From contig NC_069000.1 of the NCBI RefSeq assembly GCF_001194135.2, forward strand, positions 8,068,424-8,132,423: 64,000 nucleotides of DNA, read 5' to 3'. Each line of letters opens with the position of its first letter. Position 1 is the first letter of the stretch. This DNA comes from Octopus bimaculoides. Lineage: Eukaryota. Shown piece after piece: positions 1-13,001 of this stretch. The position numbers and the translations under genes are program-made. Under the pieces are notes generated by a model, which worked only from the letters and a program-made list of their open reading frames with translations, searched no databases and was not told the DNA's origin.

Positions 1-19
1 ATGTCTATTTATCCTGTTA

Positions 20-157
20 AAATGTATATTGTATGTATCTCTCCAGACATCTACATACTGTGTCTGTCTGTTGGGTCAAAATCTACATGCTGTATACATC
101 TATCCAGTATACATCTACACACTGTAGCTATCCGTATAAATCCACATCTACACACTC

Positions 158-214
<57 letters not shown>

Positions 215-281
215 TTGTCTGTCTCTCTGTCTGTCTATGTATCTTTTTATCTCTCTATCCAATCCACATCTGTGCAATCTA

Positions 282-312
<31 letters not shown>

Positions 313-480
313 TTCTATCTGTCTATCCATCTATATTCAGTTATATACACATTGTCTCTATTTATCTACACACTATATCTATCTATCTCTCTACCCAATG
401 TATAATCACTAAATTTATCCATACAGTTCACATCTACCCACTGTATCAATTTACTACATGGTTAAGTAAATTTGGTGCTA
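20..480. repeat. Degenerate CATCTACAC-type minisatellite mixed with (TATC)n/(TGTC)n
   Basis: Recurring catctacac/tatctacac motifs with tetranucleotide runs. Confidence 0.7.
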
Positions 481-754
481 TATACTCATCAAACCCTATT
501 TCCCCGCTTTTGTTTGTNNNNNNNNNNTTTTACTAATATGTCTCACATCAAAACTGAACTACACAGAGAAAATTTCACTGTACAATCATAATTCTGAGAA
601 GCTAGATTTAACAGCAAACCTTCTAAGTAAACAGTTCCCATTTATATCAAATATTATTTCAATTTTGTGAACTGTATTTATTTAAAACTATCAAACACAC
701 TCACTCACATATATATATATGTATAAAATGCATAATATATATATATATATATAT

Positions 755-813
<59 letters not shown>

Positions 814-849
814 TAGATATATATACTATAAAATAAGAAAATAGAGAAA

Positions 850-1020
850 ATTAATTTATTAATTAATTAATATTGCCTACAATTGTTTCAATTTATACTC
901 AATACAATTTACAAAACATATGTTATAAAATAAGCTTGTATTTTGAAGATCTTGATTGAAATATCTTCAGGGCAAAGGACATTAGGGATTTACATGTTGA
1001 TTGGTCGATATGCCAATAGA
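850..1020. mobile_element. Interspersed AT-rich repeat of unknown class; second copy at about 19070-19215
   Basis: Shared string attaattaa(t/c)attgcctacaattgtttca...ttcagggcaaa(a)aggacatta in both places. Confidence 0.65.
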
Positions 1021-1051
1021 CTCAATATATTTCATATATATAAAATACATA

Positions 1052-1103
<52 letters not shown>

Positions 1104-2260
1104 TGCTTAAAATATAAGAATTTAGAAATTTTGAGGGACATGAAATCAATTGTGGAACTCGATGTAGATAAAACTATGAACAATAAGTGAGTAGAATATT
1201 TCCATCCATGGATGGAAAAAGTCAAAGGCTGGATGTGTTACTTGAACCCACATCTTCTGTGAACTTGACAGATGTTCTAACACTACCATAGGGACACATC
1301 AAATTTCAGGTTCCATATTACGTAAATATATATATATATATATATATTGCCATCCTTGAAGAGCATATGTATTAGTTAGAAGCTCATTTACCTAGTATCT
1401 GGTGTGAAACCAATTGATATGATCAGCTGTAATGGATCTATAATACTATATATTTTGAATTATGCATGTATGTAAATATATATATATAATATAATATAAT
1501 ATAATACATTAGCTCTTTTTCTATCTCTCTCTCACGATATATATATATATATATATGTGTGGGTGTGTGGGTGTGTATGTGTGTGCATGTGTGCATGTGT
1601 CTGTGTGCACATACAAACACACAGAGTGTAGTCATTGTCTAGTTGTGTTTTCTATAGTGAGTGCATCCAGCTGTAAATACTGTGCAACTGGTGGAACACT
1701 GCAATCACATGCATGTAAAAATGCAGTCAGACAGCTGTACTGGCCGAGTTTGATAATGTTATGTAATAACTAAATTGAAATGTATTCCTGTTGTGAGAAA
1801 GATGTTGGGACGAGGAGAGAGGAGAGAAAAGGGAGAGAGAGAACAATTGTTGAAGGTGGAACATATATGTATTGTACTGGAATGTTCTTTGGTAGTAAAA
1901 TGAGAATTATGAATGTTTAGATATGCAATTACGATTATATGTGTTAGCATTTGTATGCATGTACGTACATACATACATACATACACACATACATACATAC
2001 TTATATACACACATATATTCATACTATATTCATACTATGTACATGTGTATATATATATGTGTGTGTGTGTGTGTGTATATAATGTGTATGAATATATGTG
2101 TGTATGTAATGGAATGATGTATGGATATATGTGTTAGAATATGTATGTACATACATACATACATACATACACATATATATTTATATACATACATATATGT
2201 ATGTGTGTGTGCGTATATATATATGCATGTATGTATATATATATATATATATGTATGTAC

Positions 2261-2356
<96 letters not shown>

Positions 2357-2640
2357 GTATGTGACTCAGAGTTTCAGGTTCCCGTTCATTGGACAGTTGT
2401 GATCAAGACTATGTATATACACACGCACACACACATATATATATACATTCATATTTAGTGTGTATTAATGAATGTGTGTAAGTGGTGTAATAATGTATGT
2501 AATATGTGCATGCATGTATGTATATGTATTTATACATGTTTATATGTGCATGTGCATATACATGTATATACATGAGCATGATCTATAGGTAGCGTTTGAC
2601 CGAGATCTACATATATGCATGTATATATGTGTACATAATT

Positions 2641-2643
2641 GTA

Positions 2644-2685
<42 letters not shown>

Positions 2686-2693
2686 ACTATCTG

Positions 2694-2735
<42 letters not shown>

Positions 2736-2870
2736 CATCCATCCAATTAGCAAGCTAGCTAGCTAGTTACCTACTACCTACCTACCTACCTACCTACCTA
2801 CCTACCTACCTACCTACCTACCTACTTACCTACATACATACATGCATACATACATACATACTTACATACA
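2641..2870. repeat. Compound tetranucleotide microsatellite (TATC)n-(TCCA)-(TAGC)-(TACC)n-(TACA)n
   Basis: Directly visible runs. Confidence 0.95.
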
Positions 2871-3393
2871 TACAATGAAAGTAAACAAACAAAGTTTGTT
2901 TTAGAAGCATTGAGATGTATTGAAAGATAGAGAAATAAGAAAATTTTATTCTCAAACGCGTGATAATGCTAATAAATAGCGTGATCAGGATAAATTATCC
3001 ATACATTGCAGAAAAATACGTTACCGGCCAGCCATGAGACATACATACATACATACAATATTTTGATTTATCAATCTGTCTTTCTATGTACCTCCTATCT
3101 ATATATCTTTATGCCAAACTCTCTGTTCAGTAAAATATGAACACATAAACATTAACAAAAACACAATCATAAATATATAAATACATGTATTTGTATGTGT
3201 GTATCTGTGTGTGTGAGTGTGTGTGTTTGTGTGTGTGTGTGATCATATGGCTCCCTCTTTAAGCCCATTTCTCCATCCGAGCATGGGTTTCATGAATATA
3301 TCATTGAGGCATTGTTTACTGTTGGATGCCCCCATCTGTTGCTAATCCACTGGCTGTAGCTGTCTGATTTTTGGAAAAGTGCAAATTTAAATG

Positions 3394-3432
<39 letters not shown>

Positions 3433-3644
3433 TCACAAACATATACATGCACTACATGCACATAGATTTGCACGCACAATGTAAATTCATACACAGAGCT
3501 TCTTTGAGTTTATATATTAATATATGCATATCATCATCATTCTCAACTCATGTTACATGATGTTGGTGATGATTTTATATATATAATCACCATCATCATC
3601 AACAGATGTGTGTGTATATATATATATATATATACACACATACG

Positions 3645-3693
<49 letters not shown>

Positions 3694-3694
3694 G

Positions 3695-3836
3695 ATGGGT
3701 GTCTTTCAGTTTCTGCCTACCAAATCCACTTACAAGGCTTTGGTCGGCCCAAGGCTATAGTAGAAGACACTTGCTCAAGGTGCCACACAGTGAGACTGAA
3801 CCTGGAACCATGTGGTTGGGAAGCAAGCTTATTACC
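3695..3836 (-). mobile_element. tRNA-headed SINE family A, head/body, 5' end truncated
   Basis: Reverse complement of ...aagcttgcttcccaaccacatggttccaggttcagtc...ctatagcc...gtggatttggtag...aaactgaaaga. Confidence 0.85.
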
Positions 3837-3869
3837 GTAGTAACATATCTTTGGCTGTAGCGTTAACTT

Positions 3870-4185
3870 GTATTCGAGTAGTAGATCTGGAGTGAGCGAT
3901 TGAGCCTCTTCATCCTGATGGGTGTGAAGGGTGCATGTGCCTGAGGTGGTTGTTCAGGCCAAAGGCAGTATAGAAGAGCTGGGTACATTTATTGCAGGGA
4001 GACTTGGCAGGAGAAGTGTGAGACACTTTTTGCGTCTTCAATGTCTCATCCCTGTCTCTTGATGTTTGTTATTTTTGATCAGGTCTGTTCCCTCAATGAT
4101 GACATGCTGCCACTCTGGATGGTCCTTGGCTGTTGTCTCCCAGGTACTGAGGTCAATGGAGCAGTGGAGGAGAGTGGCCTTATGT
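3870..4185 (-). mobile_element. RTE/BovB-like LINE 3' end, decayed
   Basis: Minus-strand translation with frameshift gives SIDLSTWETTAKDHPEW and a terminal C..C...GLNNHLRHMH zinc-finger-like motif typical of the RTE C-terminus. Confidence 0.6.
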
Positions 4186-4599
4186 CCAGTACAACTCTAT
4201 ATATTATTTTATTCCCAGTAACAACTAAAATGTTATGGTCTCTTCAAAAGATATTTGGTTCATGCAGCTATAACTGATTTTCACATTACTTTTGATGAAA
4301 ATTACTTTTGATGAATTTTTCTCAACATATTTTCATTCTCATGCTGGCCCCAAGCTGTGGCTAATATGAGGTACCCACAAAGTTTCTAAATTGTATTGGA
4401 AGCTATTTTTATTCTAGGGATAGGATTAAACCAGATACATTTTCTTCTGTTTTCGTTGAATTTTGTTTTTCACTATATCATAGTTTTTATTTAAATCCAA
4501 TTACATTTTGTGCTTCATTGCAAAAACATTTTTTTTTTATATGATGGAGGATTAGTAGCTACTTTTCTATTAATACTACTGACAAGCTTTTATGATTGT

Positions 4600-4900
4600 A
4601 GGTGGATGGTTAGAATTCCTATTAATGTAAAGAAAGCCTTTGATTTCTTGCCAAGATGGTAATTACCATGGTTTGCTCTCATATGATAGCTAAAAAGCTT
4701 GTGATTTCTCGGTTAGAGTTTGCTAAGACATTCGCTACTATTAGTGAGACTGATACTAGTGTTTTAATGTATGCTAGGCAGTCATTACCATACTTTGATG
4801 ATTCCTTCTGGATGATAAAAGAAGGTATTAAGTTATATATGGGCAGACACTATGTTTCTGAAGTGTTTAGGTTGGTTTTGTACATTTTGGAAACATTCTA
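4600..4900 (+). mobile_element. Penelope-like retroelement reverse transcriptase fragment, decayed
   Basis: ORF 4656-4901 contains LEFAKTFATISETDTSVLMYARQSLPYFDDSFWMIKEG...MGRHYVSEVFRLVLYIL, resembling the PLE RT segment FAK...I...ARKSLLF....W.KK....DV.MG.YDGAE...LVGLYIL. Confidence 0.6.
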
Positions 4901-5072
4901 AAACAAATTCAACTCTTTTGAAAAGGGTTGTATAAAGATAAGGGGCTGCATGCATGACTACTATCTTGACACATTTTATGGAAACTTTTAGAGAATTTTA
5001 CTTAAAGATTAACGTCAGAACTTAGTCAAGTTAAACGAGCAAAAATAGTGAAAGAAAATGTCTTGTACTTAC

Positions 5073-5281
5073 TCAACAAACTCAGAAATGTTTGGAATAG
5101 CCAGAAATACACAATTGACACAAATGGTAAACATCAAAAAATAATCGAAGCAAACATTGGTGGCAATACAAACTGCCAGGCGACGAAGTGGGTTACGGGG
5201 CGAGAATAAAAATAAGGACCTCTTTGCTGAAAACCGATGTATTATATTCTTCTTAAGTCTCTTCTCTATCACCACAAATGT
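5073..5281 (-). CDS. NaCP60E: Internal coding exon of a Nav2-type (DSC1/BSC1/NaCP60E-like) voltage-gated sodium/cation channel: cytoplasmic N-terminus, domain I S1 and start of S2
   Basis: Minus strand tttcag|ACA TTT GTG...TTT GTT GA|gtaagt, 209 nt, phase 0 to phase 2. Translates TFVVIEKRLKKNIIHRFSAKRSLFLFSPRNPLRRLAVCIATNVCFDYFLMFTICVNCVFLAIPNISEFVE. This matches the Nav TFVV...HRFSA...LF...NP.RR...NCVFLA pattern. The KR.KKN.IHRF and IATN..FDY signatures are Nav2-like; from memory it is very close to the squid brain sodium channel I N-terminus. Confidence 0.93.
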
Positions 5282-5343
5282 CTGAAATAGAGAAAATGGG
5301 AGAGATTTAATGGTTAGAATTTGTATGTGTCTATGAGTGTGTG

Positions 5344-5383
<40 letters not shown>

Positions 5384-5551
5384 TGTGTGTGTGCGTGCGT
5401 GTGTGTGTGTGGTAAATAAACATAGAGAAGATTAGAGATGAAAACAAATAAAGAAATAATCAGAAAAAGATCAGATAAAAAGAGAAAAGAAGAGAAAGAC
5501 ACACACGCATGTGCACATATACATGCATACACACACATGCACATATGCTTA

Positions 5552-5583
<32 letters not shown>

Positions 5584-5739
5584 ACACACACACATACACA
5601 CACACACACATACACACAAACACACACACACACACACACATGCAGTATGCGGTTCAAGTGATTGAGATTTCACATGAAATCTCTGGCTAGCAATGAAGAA
5701 ACAAGAATGCTTGTTCAGGGCTCATGTACAGATAAATGA

Positions 5740-6910
<1,171 letters not shown>

Positions 6911-6972
6911 TAGTAACATAGTGTTTTTTCCTCCATAACACAACAGATGCTAATAATATGACTTGCAGATCT

Positions 6973-7185
6973 AAGGTGACAAGCTGGCAAAATTGTTAGT
7001 GTGAAGAGTAAAATGCTTAGCAGCGTTTTGTGTCTTTAGGTTCTGAGTTCAAATTCTGCCAAGGCTGGCTTTATATTTCATTCTTTTGGGCTTGATAAAA
7101 TAAGTACAAGTTGAACATTGGGTCAATGTAATTGACTTCACCCTTTCTTAAAATTTCCGGCCTTGTGCAAAAATTTGAAAGCAAT
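6973..7185 (+). mobile_element. tRNA-headed SINE family B
   Basis: aagctggcaaaattgttag...gttctgagttcaaattctgcc (B-box-like)...gataaaataagtac...aaatttgaaa. Confidence 0.85.
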
Positions 7186-7262
7186 ATGCCTTGTAGATCT
7201 TACATAGAAGTACGTAGTTACATACCAGGTCAAATCTGGTGGATAATCATCTTTGCATGCTT

Positions 7263-7418
7263 GCATGGGTTGGAAGAATAAGGTACTAGGGCATTGTTTT
7301 ATAGCTGAATGCCTTTCCTGTTGCAAATTCATTACTTGCAAGATAGATAAGTGTTTGCAACAGGAAAGGCATTGAGGTATAAAACAATGCCCTAGTACCT
7401 TATTCTTCCAACCCATGC
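7263..7418. repeat. Near-perfect inverted repeat: 65-bp arms, 26-nt loop
   Basis: 7263-7327 vs reverse complement of 7354-7418 match at 63/65 positions. Arms include the aacccatgc motif of family C. Confidence 0.92.
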
Positions 7419-7772
7419 TAGCATTCGAAAACAGAAGTAAAACCAACTGGTGAAGGAATGAACACAAATAGATCCAAATACACAGTTTTTGATAATACAA
7501 GGGGTTGGAAATGCTAGTTCTTTAATTCTCTTTCTATAGTACATGTCCTAATTTATAATAGTAATTAACTACAGCACTATTGTTATATGACATCATTATT
7601 AATGTTACAATAAGATTTATTTCAACTGAGAACATTAAATATCTCTGAAAGAGAGAGTGAGATAATAAATCAAATAAATCATGGTAAACTGTGTCCAAGA
7701 AACCTAGCAACACTTATATTTATGGTGCCTAACCTCTTGCTTTGGCAGTTTTGGGACGCATTTTAGTAAATT

Positions 7773-7774
<2 letters not shown>

Positions 7775-7809
<35 letters not shown>

Positions 7810-8002
7810 TTCATCATATAGTGTCCGTTTTCCATGCTAGCATGGATTAGACGGGATGGTTTGATTGGAACTGGTAAGCTGGAGAGCTGTACTGGGCTGC
7901 AGTCTGATTTTGGCATGGTTTCTACAGCTGGATGCCCTTCCTAGTAGCAACCACTCCAAGTGTGTAGTGGGAGCCTCTTATGTGTCATTGGCATGGGTGC
8001 CT
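7775..8002 (-). mobile_element. Family C short repeat (RTE-tail-like, ends in (GAT)n)
   Basis: (ATC)n then ttttccatgctagcatgg...ctacagctggatgcccttcct...aaccactcc. Confidence 0.8.
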
Positions 8003-8074
8003 TCATACACACAAACACACATGCATAAACAACCCCTAACTTCACCCCCAATCCGATACACACACATACACATA

Positions 8075-8228
8075 ATGGGCTTCTTTCAGTTTCTTTCTAC
8101 TAAATCTACTCACGTGGCTTTGGTTGACCTGGGGCTAAAGCAAAAGATATTTGGCCAAGGTACCACACAGTGAGGCCAAACCTGAAACCATGTGGTTGGG
8201 TAACAAGCTTCTTGTCATAAAGCCACAC
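8075..8228 (-). mobile_element. SINE family A head/body
   Basis: gggcttctttcagttt...aaatctactcacgtggctttgg...accatgtggttgggtaacaagctt. Confidence 0.85.
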
Positions 8229-8722
8229 TGAGAAAACCAACAAGGTTCTAATTTCATTGAAGATGAAGAAAACCAAACTGTGTCCAATACCCAATGCTTC
8301 ATTTGTTAGCTCCTCATGTCCTCCCTTGTACTCCCTCAGAGATTTATAACTCATAAATTATTCCTGAGAATTGTTAGAAATTCTCTCTTACACAAAATTA
8401 ACAAAATAAGAAGTTAATTACTTGAAAAATTCAAATTATAATGACTCATTATATGAAATTTTGGCAAGATTTCATCATTAAGTGTCTTGTAGAATTTGGC
8501 ATGAATTTACTCTTCTGCAAACATGACTCTGAAAATTACAAATTGGTATAACTCTGCCAAATTTGGTATCCCTTCTGTATTAAAGTACTAACACTGTTAT
8601 AGTAAGGGGTTCTATCACAGTATACTTAGGTTGTTACTTTGTTGTTTAAATTTACTGTTTTCACAGTGGCACTATGAAACTACTATCCTTTACCCTATAA
8701 ATTTTATTTTTGTGTTCTACAT

Positions 8723-9105
8723 AGATGTAGACATGGCTGTGTGGTAAGAAGCTTGCTTCGCAACCACATGGTTCTGGGTTCAGTCCCATGACATGGCACC
8801 TTAGGCACATGTCTTCTACTATAGCCTCGGACTGACCAAAGCCTTGTGAGTGGATTTGGTAAACTTAAACTGAAAGAAGCTCCTATGTCTGTGTTTGTTC
8901 CTCCCAACTGCCACCATTTGACAACTGGGGCTGGTGTGTTTACATCCCTGTCACTAAGCAGATCGGCAAAAGAGATCGATTGAATAAGTACCAGGCTTTA
9001 AAAAAAGCTAAGAACTCTTCATTCAACTAAGAACTCTTCAAGGCAGTGCTCCAGCATGGCCGCAGTCTAAATGCTGAAACAAGTAAAATATAAAAGACAA
9101 AAGAT
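8723..9105 (+). mobile_element. SINE family A, full length (head, body and tail)
   Basis: catggctgtgtggtaagaagcttgc (A-box-like), ggttcagtccc (B-box-like), tail ...gtgctccagcatggccgcagtc...ctgaaacaagtaaaa. Confidence 0.9.
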
Positions 9106-9440
9106 ACTCCCTGTTCTATAACACCATAGTACTCACTGTACTATTATTCTATAATACTGCTGTACAAATACTACGTAGTACTCCCTGTATTATCATTCCA
9201 TTGTACTCTGTACTAACACTACATAGTACTCCCCCGTACTAATACTGCTATGTTGTACTTCATGCACTATCAATCCATAGTGCTGCTGTACTATCACTCC
9301 ATGGAACTCCTTATACTTTCACTGACTATGGAGAACACCCTGCACTATAACTCCATAGTATTCCCTGCACTAATACCATACAGTGTGCTCCCTGTACTAA
9401 TACTGACTATGTAGTACTCCCTATACTATCATTCCATAGC
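9105..9440. repeat. Degenerate minisatellite of about 24 bp (ATAGTACTCCCTGTACTA core)
   Basis: Roughly 13-14 recurrences of tagtactccctgtac-like motifs. Confidence 0.75.
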
Positions 9441-9960
9441 AGTCTTCAATAATATCGGAATTACTGCAGTGAAATATAAAAGACCGCATTAACCAATATT
9501 GGTCAATACATTCCTCTGCGAGTAGCGTGAATATGCACGTGTGTGTGCATGTGTGTGTGTTTGCATGTGAGTCTGTGTGTGCGTGTGCATGCATGTTTGA
9601 GTGAGCTTGTGCACACGTATGTGTGTGTTTGTGCGCGTGTGCATGCATATGTGTGTGTGTGCTTGTGTGTGTATGTTGTAGAATGTGTCTATAGGTATGG
9701 TATAGTGCTTGTGTTAATTCCCTATATGTTATATAAAGTATTTAGATATGGAATTTTGCGTGTGTATATATAAATGTAAACATTCAATAAAAATGTATAA
9801 TCTTTTAAGTAGCATGTATGTAGAACTGTATATAGGTCTCCTACAGCATCAATTCACAGATGTATACACTCAATCATTCTCTCTCTCTTCCTCCCTCTCT
9901 CATTTTCTTTTTCTCAATCTCACTTTCTCTCTCCTTCACTCTCTCTTTCTCTCTTCTTCA

Positions 9961-10023
<63 letters not shown>

Positions 10024-10129
10024 GAATCCTACTAACCTAAAATATCAACAATATTTTCCTTTTTAAGAACTGTTGCATATGTATGTTACGTGTATGTTTG
10101 TATGTATATTGTTGTGTATGTCTATGTGT

Positions 10130-10237
10130 ATACATCTATCTATCTTTGCTTCTGTCTGTCCATCTATCTATCTAGCTATCTGCCTACTTGCCTGCCTGTC
10201 TGTCTGTCTGTCTGCCTGCCTACCTGTTTGTCCATCA

Positions 10238-10271
<34 letters not shown>

Positions 10272-10293
10272 TTATTATCAGTCTGTCTGTCAG

Positions 10294-10384
<91 letters not shown>

Positions 10385-10491
10385 CCCTTTTTCTCTCTCC
10401 CCTCTCTCTCTATTTATCTATCTATCTGTCTAACTGTCTGTCTTGTGTCTGTCAGTCAGTTTGTCTGTCTGTCTGCCAGTCTATCTATCTA

Positions 10492-10532
<41 letters not shown>

Positions 10533-10540
10533 TTCTATGT
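10130..10540. repeat. (TATC)n/(TGTC)n compound microsatellite
   Basis: Directly visible; it generates the spurious ORFs at 10073-10628. Confidence 0.95.
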
Positions 10541-11348
10541 TATATATATATATTTGAATGTATACATGTGTGTGTATGTGTGTGTCCCCATGGAGAGAAA
10601 GAGAGAGACAGTGAGAGATAAGAGATAGACGTGATATATTTTGTTAATGTCCATATTTCATTGTGATTCCTTTACATCATCATTTCTTGTCATTTCTCGT
10701 CAGACACGACTACCACCACACCTTGATCACCAGACACTATACTACAACTACCTATACACTTTGTGGTCTCCCCACCTCCACTATTAGACACTCCCCATTC
10801 TTTGTCAATCGCTTCTGTCACCAAGAACTCTGTATGAGAACTCCACTTCATGAGAACCACTACTACCACTGCCACCACCACAACCACTACCACCATAAAA
10901 TATCGCCATTACCTCATCCACAACAAACGACCACTGGTACCACCACCACCACCAGTGCCAGTACTACCACCACTGTTGCTGCCGCCGCCACCACCACCAC
11001 CACCACCAGCACTGGCACCAGAAGCACAACAGTGGCAGCAGCAGCAGCACCACCACTACCACTACCACCACCACCACCACCACCATCACTATCACCATCC
11101 ACAAACATCGACCACCAACCCCAGCCACAACAACCTATTCCACCACCGCCCCACTACCACCCAATCAGTACAAAGGGACAGATATGCTGGTCTGCCCACA
11201 GCTTTGGCGCAGATCCAGCAATGCAACATTAGTATCGTGTTCTAGGAAAACCCTCTTTGCAGAGTGGACTTCTTACACAAACATCCAATACAGGATATAC
11301 ATATACATCCATCCATATATACATACGTGTATACATGCATAAATGCAG

Positions 11349-11379
<31 letters not shown>

Positions 11380-11388
11380 TAGTATATG

Positions 11389-11437
<49 letters not shown>

Positions 11438-11473
11438 ATATATATATTTTTATACACATACACNNNNNNNNNN

Positions 11474-11524
<51 letters not shown>

Positions 11525-11739
11525 TTATACACACATATATATATAGTTTATATATGTATACTTATGTATATATGTACATATATATGTATATATATGTATG
11601 TACATACATATACATATATGTATGAGTGTGTGTACATGTATATTGCATATATATATATATATATATTAATAAACACATAACAATACACACAGACATATAT
11701 ACCATGCACACACACTCATAAAGATATGTGTGTGTGTGG

Positions 11740-11784
<45 letters not shown>

Positions 11785-12034
11785 GTATGTATGTATATAC
11801 AAACAAACACATATATACACAGATAGATATATAAGAGAAGCCTTTTCTCGAATGATCATTCCTTGCCTTCCCTCTCACTAAATCAGGTCAATGTTTTAAT
11901 ATGGATTGTAATAGTGTACTATTTTCTGCCTGAAATATTTTATCTATTACTTTGTCCATATTGGTTGCCAAGATTGACTGAACATTGACCAAGTGGATAA
12001 GACAGCAACATAAGGATTAATAGTCCAGACTTAC

Positions 12035-12097
12035 CGTAGGGAGTTCATAGTATCTCTAGTAAAAAGCAGTTAATGCTACGTGACTTAACACAGTCAG
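12035..12097 (-). other. Exon-like segment: 63-nt cassette with an in-frame TAG, or a 21-nt microexon (12035-12055, RYYELPT)
   Basis: ctctttttcccttag| acceptor at 12097, second acceptor gctttttactag| at 12055, donor ACG|gtaagtc at 12035. Both lengths are multiples of 3. Confidence 0.3.
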
Positions 12098-12494
12098 CTA
12101 AGGGAAAAAGAGGTGCCAAATGCTCTGAGAATATTTGTTATGGATTAGAATCCTATCATTGGTTGTAAATCAGAGGTTACACATTTTGGACCTGATATTT
12201 ATTGTGGATACAAGAACATCTTTTGGAAAGGATGCTTTAGTAACAACACATGTAGATCAGGATTGGATTTCCTAGACCCCCATGGGGTCCCTGGGCAATT
12301 GCCCGGTGTGCTCATGCCTTAAGGTAGTACTTGGCCACTGCTCGAATGCTTTTCCCTCCAGGTGTACTTAATGAGAGCTGACCTAAGGTTAAATCATCAC
12401 CTCTACTGCCACTGCCACCAGTGCCACCAATGCCATTGCCACCAGCATCACCAGCACCAGTACCACCACCACAACCACCACTGCCGCTGCCGCC

Positions 12495-12526
<32 letters not shown>

Positions 12527-12949
12527 CAACAACAACACCAATGAATCTTCTGTCCTCAAAACTAGTCAGTGCACTTTGTTGAAGCTCCTCAGTCAACAGA
12601 AACCAGAAAATACAGACAACACCCATCACCATGCTTCAATGACCATCACTTCGGAAGGATGTATTATTGAACGAGCAAGGCAGATGACTTGGCTTTGGTC
12701 ATTAATTTAATTCATGCCACACCTATTGCATGGATGAGTGGTCAGGTGGAGATGCATTTGTATTAATATATTGATATTGATGTCGAAACATGTATATATA
12801 CATACACACACACACATACACACATACATACATGCACAAATAATATGCATATATATGTACACATGCGTGCATACACATACACACTCATATAAATATATAT
12901 ATGCAAAGAGAGAAGAAGTAGAAGATGAAGAAGATGACGAAGAAGAAGA

Positions 12950-13001
12950 AGAAGAAGAAGAAGAAGAAGAAGAAGAAGAAGAAGAAGAAGAAGAAGAAGA
13001 A
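12950..13001. repeat. (GAA)n microsatellite
   Basis: Directly visible. Confidence 0.97.

Noticed and set aside
1-5072. Search for the next channel exon (YIF.GIYT.E...LRD.WN.LDF)
   Set aside because: Not found on the minus strand here; it presumably lies beyond coordinate 1.
7560-7650. Minus-strand acceptor ctctctctttcag|AGATATT
   Set aside because: Downstream sequence is AT-rich with no Nav-like peptide and no matching donor.
8723-8800. tRNA-like A and B boxes in SINE heads as tRNA genes
   Set aside because: No cloverleaf or acceptor stem; they continue into SINE bodies present in many diverged copies.
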